Shown here: positions 54,801-64,000 of the stretch, piece by piece
Position numbering within the stretch: position 1 is the first letter of the stretch
How the letters are laid out: the number at the start of each line of letters is the position of its first letter
NCBI RefSeq assembly: GCF_006345805.1
Contig: NC_043002.1
Location: 99,634,001 to 99,698,000, forward strand
DNA from: Octopus sinensis
Lineage: Eukaryota
Direction of reading: 5' to 3'
DNA length: 64,000 nucleotides
Translations under genes and position numbers: made by a program
Notes under the pieces: model-generated
What the model saw: the letters and a program-made list of their open reading frames with translations, nothing else
The model's database searches: none
Told to the model about the DNA's origin: nothing

Positions 54801-57800
54801 ATCCTTAAATCCTTAAATCCTTAAAAATGTTTTAGCCTGAAGGCCGCGGCCATGCTGGGGCACCACCGCTGAATGAGCTACACTAGTTTGTGAATCCACC
54901 TCTGATACGTAGCACTTGATCACAAGGGAGTTCGATGCTGCTGCCCGCATCCGTGTCTCCTGTCGTGAGGTAGGTTCATCTGGACTCCCAACAAGAAGAG
55001 ACCCAGTTTAGTTTTAAAGAAACCCACATCCACACCATGTAAGTCTCTCAGGCATTTAGGGAGGATGTTAAAGAGCTGTGGTCCTCTGAAACCCAAGCTG
55101 TTGCAGTATCTGGACCTGTATTTTGATGGTGATGTTGGAATCCTTGGCACCACGCAGCGGCGCCCCATTCTGCGGTTGGAGTAACTTTGAATGCCAAAGT
55201 TGGGACAAGACCCTCCAGGATTTTCCAGATGTATATCACTGCATATCTCTCCCGCCTCCGCTCCAGGGAGAAGAGGTTTAATACCTTCAGTCTTTCCCAG
55301 TAGCTGACATTTTGCATTGAGACGATTTTCTTTGTGTAGCTTCTCTGAGTTGCTTCGAGTTCTGCTGTTTGTTTTATATTGTGTGGTGACCAAAGTTGGG
55401 AGCAGTAGTCCAAGCGGCTGAGGACAAATGTTTTCCATAGGACCATCAGTGTCTCCTTCTCTCTTGTTCTGAAAGTTCGGAGAATCCATCCAGCTAGCCG
55501 TCTGCATTTTATCACCAGATTAGCAATATGCATTTGGAAAGATGCATCATTGCTCATGTCAATGCCCAGGTCACGCACTGATTTTGACTCAGGGATTGCA
55601 ATTCTTCCTGGGCCAGTGTATCCAGTCTTCACGTCATTTACCTTTGTGTGCCAGTAGCGCAGGGCCTGGAACTTACCTGCATTAAACTGCATGTTGTTGT
55701 CCTCAGCCCACCTGTATATTGTGTCCAGCTCACGTTGCAGATGCGCAATATTTTCAGGGTTTTGTATTGCGTGGGAGACTTTTGTGTCATCTGCATAGCT
55801 AGCAAGGGTGGTCATCGTAGCAATTGAAGGCATGTCTGAAAGGGCCACTATGAACATCAGTGGCCCCAAGACAGTGCCTGTGGGACACCACTTGTTATTT
55901 GCGTTTCCTGGAGGTGGCTCCATTGCTCACAACTGCCTGTTTTCTGTCTTTTAGGAAGTTGTGCAGCCACTCTCAAGTTTCCCGCCTATGCCGAGACCAC
56001 GCAGTTTGTGACAGATCATACCATGGTCGACTTTATCAAAGGCTTTGCAAAGTCAAGATATATTACATCCACATTTGAGCCATTTTAGCTGTTTCAACAC
56101 CCAGTCATAGTGTTGCAGGAGCTGTGTTAGGCAGCCTCTACCTGGTCGAAATCCATGCTGGGTGTCAGACAGTAAGTCATTTTCTTCAAGGAACATGATT
56201 AGTTTCTTACGGACTATTCGTTCCATGACTTTGCTGATGTGTGAGGTCAGAGAGATAGGCCTATAATTTTTAGCATCTGCTCTGCTACCTCCCTTATGGA
56301 TAGGGCATATTACCCCCTCTTTCAGTTTGACTGGGAGCTTACCACTTGCAAGAAAGCTCTGAAAAAGAAGCTGTAGCGTTTTGCAAGGCTCGTTTGCACG
56401 ATTTGAGAAGGATCGCTGGGAATCCATCAGGTCCAGCAGCTGAGTTTGTGTCAATCTCATCAATGGCTAGTGTGATATCATCTTCTTCGATGTTGATGTA
56501 CTCAATTTTTGTCTCTTTGGCCGCTGGTAAAGTGGCAAAGAATTCTTCTGGGTTGTTTACTTGCCTGTGTCCTAGAGGTGTAGTGAACACACTTTGGAAC
56601 TGTTCGTTCAGTATTTCACTTATCCTCGTGGGATTTCCTGTGAGAGAGCCATCTTTTTGGAAGAGAGGTCCTATTCTCTGGTGCACTGTGGCTGTCTCTT
56701 TGGCAAACTTAAAGAAAGCTTTAGGTTTGATTTTATATTTTCTATTACCCAAGCTTCTTTATCTGCTCTCTCCTTTTCATGGGACTGATGTAGACTTTTC
56801 TCAGTTTCCATTAGCATTCTTTCGAGCCGAGACTTCTCACCACTTTTGGTGTGCTTGCTCAGGCGGTTGCAATCCTTGTCCGTCGTCTCATAAGAATCCT
56901 CCTTTCTCTAGGATCCTGTTTTTGTTCTTGTGTGTGCTGGCCCTGCACATTGGGACATATTTGTCACATATGGCTTGTATTATGGACATGAAGTGTTTGT
57001 GTTTCATGTTTATGTCCGGTGGTGAGAGACATTCAGGCCAATCCTGTTTGAGGATCCTTTCTCAATCGACTTCCAGTTGGCTTTATGAAAGTTTAAGTTG
57101 GAGAGATGGTAGGTGCTTCGTATAGGCTGTGTGTCTGCGGGGGCTTTTGTTCCATACATAGACAGCTCTATTATGTTGTGATCCGAGATCATTGTCGGCA
57201 TCACATTAACATTATGGATAATATCCATATTGTTGTGAAGCAGAGATCCAGTATATTATCTGCCCTTGTTGGTTGCAGAACTATTTGCTCCATGAAAGAG
57301 GTATTTGTGAGATGGAGCAGGGACTCCACCTGTGCCTGCTGATGGTGTGTCATCCCTGGGAGCATCTGCCCCCCAGGCCATTCCACATTGGGGAGGTTAA
57401 AGTCACCATGAAGAATACACTGTTGTGCTGTTCAAGGTTGGTGAGGACTTCTCCTACTTTTGTTAGGCAGTCTTCAAACATGCCTGAGTGTTTTGGGGCG
57501 TCTGGTGGGCGATATGTAGTGCATATGACGATATTCAGTTGTCTTATGTGTACAATTTGAGTTTCACATACTGAGTTTGAATATGACAGCAGGACCTGGG
57601 GCGTGAGGTCATCTCGGATGTACATTGCAACTCCACCATGGCTCCTCCCTTTTCTATCTGTGCGTATGACTGCATATTGCGGCATGTGTATTTCTGCATC
57701 ACCTATATCGGGTTCAAGATGCGTTTCTGTGAGTGCCATGCATATAGCTTGATTGCATGTCACAAGGTCTCTCAGGAATGAAATTTTCTTTTACAGTTTC

Positions 57801-58898
57801 CGCGCAGCAGCCCTCCTACATTCAGTAGAAATATTTTTGTGGTGTGTGTGTTGGTGTTGGTGTCTGTGTGTGGCCATCCTGCATCTGTTGGAGGTGGCCT
57901 TATGTGGTGGTAGTTCCAGCTTTGTGCTTGTAGCCAGGTCAGCTGCTGAACATTTTTTGTGCCATGCACAAAAAAGACTGCTGTTCAGCTGCCGCCCTTC
58001 TCACATCTGGGTGAAGCTGGCCACCTGTTGGGTTTCCGCGCACCACATCTGCATACCGTCTTCAGTAGTGGTCAGTGCGCTTTTTTCCCTTCTTTTAACT
58101 TTTTGTTTTTGTTTTTTTCTCCCTGAGGGGGAGGGACCTCTGTCTCGCGTCCATGCGGTTTTGGTAGGGCCTCCGATGTGCAAAGCGACAGTTTGCACCT
58201 TCAACGCCGTACAGCAGTCCCCCCTCAGGTAGAATTTGCAGGTGTTTCTTTCCCTGCCCTTACAGTTTTTGCTGGGGTCCCTCTGCTTTCTCTGGACAGG
58301 GCTTCCTTTAGCCTTGATTCTGTCACCCTTCCTTTACCTCCTGCTTCCCATCAATTCCAGGGTGCCTTTCCTTTCTTGCGGCCATCGCACTCTTTGGTCT
58401 TCAGTTGTGGTGTTGGAAGCTGGACATGTGTCATCGTTTCCCTGTGTTCCAGGCTTCTCCATTTGGCTCTGGATGCTTTCCTCATCCTTTTGGCCCTCCC
58501 TGCTGCCGTCACCTCCCAGGATGATGTCCAGGGTGTCCACATGTTGCCTGATTAGAGCGTACGAACGGATAACTTCTCTCTTCTTTCGCTCTATCTGGGC
58601 GGTGGTTCTCGAAAAATTGTTGCTTTTCAGTGCCGCAGCAATAATGTCGTTCGGCGAGTCGTCCTCAGCGATCCTCCAAGCGCGACGGACGAACAATTGC
58701 ACCTCTCTCGCAGACAGTTCCTTGCCATTTTCTTCTAGTGTGAAATATAGGAACAGAGAGAGAGATAGAGAAGGAGAGATATGGAGAGGGAGAAGAGAAA
58801 GGAGAAAAGCCAGGGGGGGATAGAGAGAGAGACGAGGGGATTGTCCTGAGAGAAGAGAGAAAGAGAGAAAAATAGAGGGAAAAAAGAGAAAGGTGAAA
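54801..58898 (-). mobile_element. Near full-length CR1-clade LINE (ORF1 + APE-RT ORF2), frameshifted
   Basis: APE motifs LNVGGL, ALTETHL, YRPP, SDHN; RT motifs NYRPISLTS, QHGFR, GTVLGP, YADDTK; C-terminal SLERRRER; (AAGGATT)n 3' tail; 5' end runs into the gap. Confidence 0.93.
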
Positions 58899-58998
58899 NN
58901 NNNNNNNNNNNNNNNNNNNNNNNNNNNNNNNNNNNNNNNNNNNNNNNNNNNNNNNNNNNNNNNNNNNNNNNNNNNNNNNNNNNNNNNNNNNNNNNNNN
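58899..58998. other. Assembly gap (100 N)
   Basis: Direct inspection. Confidence 1.
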
Positions 58999-59599
58999 CA
59001 TATCTGTTGTCTTTAGTACTGGCGTTGCTTTTCACACAGAATGTATAGCAACGAATAAATGCAAATATAGGTTTATATGCTGTATACACTCATGCACACA
59101 CGCGCACACACATATGTATATATACATATATACATGCATATATATATATATATATATATATAATAATTATATATATATAGATATATATATAGATATATAT
59201 ATATCAGATTTACATAGATTCACACACACACACACATATACATACATAGATATACACATATACTTAAACACACATACCCCAAAGAATGGATTGCTTTACC
59301 CTGATTGTCATTGACTCAATAAACCCTAAAATCGCCCTCACGCATTTCGATTTGTCTGCTCCAATATAGAGTGACATATCTGTCGTGCAATGTTTTTGAT
59401 ATAATATTAAAATTTAGCGCTTGAAAATATATTTCTGTTAAAACAACAACATGAGTTTTCCTTTTCTCCTTGTATATAAGTATAAAATCCAATGATTCAT
59501 CATCAGTAAGCAATAGTCTCCTGCAACAACATAAAACTCTCAAGCTAAAGACTCTCGAAAACAGGGTCCGAACTACAGTGGCAAACATGCAAAGCCATT

Positions 59600-59830
59600 T
59601 TTAAAGAAACGATGAAATCCAGCGAATTCAAAACAATCTACAGTACATGCCCAAATTCCACAAACGGACCGAAAAGAAACATAGTGTTCATAGCTATCTC
59701 TTTAATGTAAACGCAAGGACAGTATTACGTTTCTCACGCTAATCAGGGAATATTTCCCAAACGAGCATAAATACAAGCAAAATATTCAATAGGAACAATA
59801 CAGAAGTTAAATACAGCTGTTCAGAATATG
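59600..59830 (+). pseudogene. PLE RT-endonuclease linker remnant
   Basis: FLTLIREYFPNEHKY / KIFNRNNTEVKYSCS, resembling the PLE pattern FLXLIDKHFP...KIFNRNTVKVSYSC. Confidence 0.75.
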
Positions 59831-59973
59831 AATGAACGTAATCTGCTTTTGCTTTTAACCTTTAGAGGATTTTTCTTTGATGGACGAAGTATAAAAACAC
59901 GCTTATACCAAAATACATTCGTACATACATACTTATATACGTAATAAAAAAGTAGTACTGGTGGAATGTCCCA

Positions 59974-60515
59974 GTGAAGAACTCAATAAAATGTAAGCGC
60001 AACAGACCTGATATAATGATTTGGGTTAAAGAAGAGAAACTGTGTACAGTTGTGGAAATGAGCTGCCCAGCGGATGTTAACATAAACCTGAAGATCAGTA
60101 AAAAAGAGAATACCTACGCTGGACTATTGATTAATCTGCAGTTACTCCGGTCAGATTACAAGTTCATGTTTATACTTGTATTTATTGGGGGTCTGGGATA
60201 TGTAACATACTGAGTAAATATCAATCTTGAGAAATTAAGCTTTTCAAAACCAGAAAGAAGAAAACTAATTCGAAGACTACAGATCCAGTCCATCACTGGA
60301 ACTGTAAAAATCTGTAAAACTTTCCGGAAGCTTAGCATGTAAATATATATGAGTATGTTTAGATATGCAGCTATATGCATGAAAATACTTACATAAAGCA
60401 AAACATACATACATACATATATACAAACAAAAAACCCTGTTGTTGACATTGCAATTCAATGAGGAGTTTGGCTCTAGGTTAGAAACCGTTTCTTTCTCTA
60501 TTGGCAAGAAATAAT
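59974..60515 (+). mobile_element. 3' fragment of an RLE-type non-LTR retrotransposon (R4/Dong-like)
   Basis: NRPDIMIWVKEEKLCTVVEMSCPADVNINLKISKKENTY...IGGLG (PD..E motif), IQIQSITGTVKICK; 3' UTR runs into (TA)n; orphan 3' UTR copy at ~43120-43215. Confidence 0.8.
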
Positions 60516-60518
60516 TAC

Positions 60519-60572
<54 letters not shown>

Positions 60573-60619
60573 CAATGATAAATCTCAGAGCGAGTTATAA
60601 ACAGTAGCAGCAACACATC

Positions 60620-60973
60620 GTGACGTATATTTGCCATTTGAATATGGCTAACCCCTAAGGGTGGATGCTACTGTAGTTTGTAGCCCCAGGAGGACACCTC
60701 CTCCACTTTCTGTGCCCTATGTATTTGTGAAGGGAACCGACTTCTCATCGACAACTATGATTGTCACACGCCGATGACGGGTCAATACGCTGAAACTCGA
60801 GTCCGTGTGTATCATAAGTTGAAGACGGGAAGGATGGCTTCCCATCGTAAATACTGATAGGGCACAGAAAGTGTGTCTATAGCCAGCTGGAGGAGGTGTC
60901 CTCCTGGGGCTACAAACTACAGTAGCATCCACCCTTAGGGGTTAGCCATATTCAAATGGCAAATATACGTCAC
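60620..60973. mobile_element. Long fold-back element with an apical hammerhead-like motif
   Basis: Outer ~86 bp arms identical; inner arms diverged; motif at 60765-60809. Confidence 0.88.
60765..60809 (+). ncRNA. Type-I hammerhead-like motif (U4C)
   Basis: CACACG-CCGATGA-C-GGGTcaatACGC-T-GAAA-CTCGAG-TC-CGTGTG. Confidence 0.62.
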
Positions 60974-61419
60974 TATATATATATATATATATCTATATAT
61001 TATATATATATATATATATAAACATACACTCTCTATATTTTCACTTATGTATGAAATTCATGCACACAAATAAATAAATATGTTGACATATATCAATATA
61101 TATGGAAAATTACTTCAGCTTTAAGATTAACACATTTGCGCTCATATATTCTTATAGTAAACACATATACGCACATGTATAAATCAATAATTGTTTTGAA
61201 ATATCTTTTCGAAATAAATATATCATATAGGAAAGAAATGTATTTAACGAGACACTATGACTATAATATTATGGCGGAGATAAGTAAGAAAGATAAACTT
61301 GAGTTTTGTCGATGTACCATTCTCAGCAAAAAATCAGTTGTTTATGGAATTTCATAAGGTATTATAACAATTACACCAGCAGAAATCACACACACACACC
61401 ACAACACACATATACAAAT

Positions 61420-61452
<33 letters not shown>

Positions 61453-61539
61453 TATATATATTATATATATAGATTATATCTATAATATATACACACTAAC
61501 ACACACAAGATATATATATATATATATATATATATACTT

Positions 61540-61827
61540 GTGGCACTCGGTCGGTTACGACGACGAGCGTTCCAGTTGATCCGGTCAACGGAACAGCCTG
61601 CTCGTGAAATTAACATTCAAGTGGCTGAGTACTCCACAAACACTTGTACACTTAACGTAGTTACCGGGGATGTTCAGCATGGCACAGAGTGTGACAAGGC
61701 TGGCCTTTTGAAATACAGGTACGACAGAAATAGGAAGGGTGAGAGAAAGTTGTGGTGAAAGAATACAGCAGAGTTCGCCACCACCTCTTGCTGGAGCCTC
61801 ATGGAGCTTTATGTGTTTTCGCCCAAT
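61540..61827 (-). mobile_element. SINE family B, tail type 2, 5'-truncated
   Basis: Reverse homology to 20270-20570. Confidence 0.85.
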
Positions 61828-62227
61828 ATATATATAGAGAATCAGCATACTTATAGAGAGAATCAGTATACTTACAGAGAGAGAGAGAGATTCAGTATAC
61901 TTATATAAATAAAGAGAGTATATATATTATTAAATTGAATTATTATATGACTTGAGTTATTTCTTATAGGTTTTATTGAGATTATGTATGGAAGTGGCAT
62001 GACATCGAGCGAAACTTTTCCAAGAATTGTTAGTAATATTAATGTTTATAACGAACAAATTCACTTCATTCAATCCATATTTTTTAATAGTCTTACGTAT
62101 GTGTGCCTGTATCTATACACATGTGTATGCAAGTGTGTATACATGCATATTCGTGTATGTGTACAGGTATACACGCATAAATATATACATATATGTAACA
62201 TGCATCGCATATAATTTTAAATATTTA

Positions 62228-62396
62228 AGGCGCAGTAGTTGCTGTGTGATAAGTAGCTTGCTTACCAACCACATGGTTCCAGGTTCAGTCCCAGTGTGTG
62301 GCACTCTGGGCTAAGTATCTTCTACCATAGCCTCGATTCGACCAGAGCCTTGTGAGTGGATTTGGTAGATGGAAACTGAAAGAAGCCCATCCTATC

Positions 62397-62432
<36 letters not shown>

Positions 62433-62710
62433 TATATCACCGTGATCACCGTGACCGACCAGGCTATCACATGTTGCTACACATCGCTGTTCACAATGCG
62501 CTCCGCATTGTTTTTAGTCTTCAAATGACGCCACCCCGCTGGCTAAGTGGGCAGGCCAACAGAAGAAAGAGTGAGAGAAAGTTGTGTGAAAGAGTACAGC
62601 AGGGATCGGTGTTTTCGCTCAATAAACACTCACAACGCCCGGTCTGAGAATCGAAACCGCGATCCTACAACTGCGAGACCGCTGCCTTAACCACTGGGCC
62701 ATTGCGCCTC

Positions 62711-62743
<33 letters not shown>

Positions 62744-62995
62744 CTATATATATATATGTAAGTGTGTATGTATGTGTGTGTATATGTATGTGTATCTGTA
62801 TTTTCCCCCCCAACATCGCTTGACAACCGATGCTGATGTGTTTACGTCCCCGTAACTTAGCATTTCGGCAAAAGAGACTGACAGAATAAGTACAAAGCTT
62901 ACAAAGAATAAGTCCTGGGGTCGATTTACTTGACTAAGGGTGGTGCCCCAGCATGGCCGCAGTCAAACGACTAAAACAACTAAAAGAATGAAAGG
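62228..62995 (+). mobile_element. SINE family A split by a nested SINE B
   Basis: 5' half 62228-62395, 3' half 62790-62995. Confidence 0.85.
62436..62711 (-). mobile_element. SINE family B, tail type 1, nested in SINE A
   Basis: Reverse homology to 12625-12926; (CACGGTGAT)2 tail. Confidence 0.88.
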
Positions 62996-63149
62996 ATATA
63001 TACGCACACACACACTACACATACACACGCATGCATGCACACACATACAAGCGCACACAATCACGCACATATGCACACATACACACACACACACATGAAA
63101 TTAAAAGAAATTTTATGACCATTCATTACCGTTGTCATTTTAATTATTG

Positions 63150-63400
63150 TAATTAATGTAATTACGCAGTACTTGTCATCTTTTTACTTGTTACGTTCAT
63201 TAGACTGCGGCCGTGTTGGGTTACCGCTTTGAAAAGATTTTGTCGAACGAATCGACCTTAGTACTTATCTTTTATAAGACCTGGTACATATTCTATCGCT
63301 CCCTATTGTTGAACTGCTAAGTTATGGGGGTGTAAACACACCAACGCCGGTTCAACATGTAGTATGCGGACGAAGTCAAACAGAAAGAGGCACGGACAGA
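63150..63400 (-). mobile_element. SINE family A, 3' part, degenerate
   Basis: CATTAGACTGCGGCCGTGTTGGG...GCTAAGTTATGGGGGTGTAAACACACC. Confidence 0.75.
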
Positions 63401-64000
63401 AATATACATACATGTGTGTGTGTGTGTGGTGTGTGTGTGTGTGTATGTGTACGTGAGAGCACGTAGGCCTATAAATACATTTACAGACACATATAAATGG
63501 GCACACATTGCATTTCAGGTATTAGACAGTGAACGTCCCTTTTCATTTCTTTTGATAGTAACTTTTTTTACTTTTGTTTAATTTATATTTGAGATTCCTC
63601 AGCTGTAATGAGATTCAGGCAGTCAATAACGGCAAAGTATAGAAAAAAGTTTTGGCTCTCTAGACCATAGAGTTCAGAGCATTCAAGGATTTGTTCTTAT
63701 GAACCAGATTGACTTATTTTTCTGAATTCATGTACATTGTTGAATCCAACTAAATCTAACTTCGAATTAATTCCGATCGACTCTTCGGCCGAAACATTTC
63801 TGAAGTTTAGAAAGTTAGAGAAGTGATTTTAAATTCTCAAACGTAGAATAATGCTAATAATATAGCCTGAACAGGATTAGCCACCCCTATTTTGCAGAAA
63901 AAAAAGTGTTGGCGGCCGGCTATGAGCCACGAACTCACACCTCCGTGATTACGCTTCACGGTGCTCTGAACTAATTAAACTAAACCGCCCACACCAAAAA

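Noticed and set aside
58334-59089. 251 aa ORF spanning the N gap
   Set aside because: Open only because of the Ns; the meaningful part is LINE ORF1

Overview
AT-rich, microsatellite-dense animal genomic DNA with a 100-N gap at 58899-58998. The SINE families and microsatellite load look like octopus (recognition only, not database-checked). Most of the supplied ORF track is microsatellite noise. Recognisable content: a near full-length frameshifted CR1-clade LINE (54801-58898, minus); one full-length decayed mariner plus four other Tc1/mariner remnants; a Helitron helicase remnant; an R4/Dong-like endonuclease fragment; three Penelope-like element (PLE) protein remnants; and many copies of at least five tRNA-derived SINE families. 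The main unexplained signal is a set of minimal type-I hammerhead ribozyme (HHR) motifs. Six have an intact catalytic core and five more have one or two core substitutions. They fall into several families, each with its own palindromic stem III. Two carriers stand out: a tRNA-headed SINE with an HHR in its tail (three copies), and a long fold-back element with an HHR at the hairpin apex (60620-60973). There are also several local inverted repeats, an exact 4 x 215 bp tandem array, and weak, unidentified host exon candidates on both strands. All structure calls were made by eye; nothing was folded or searched computationally.
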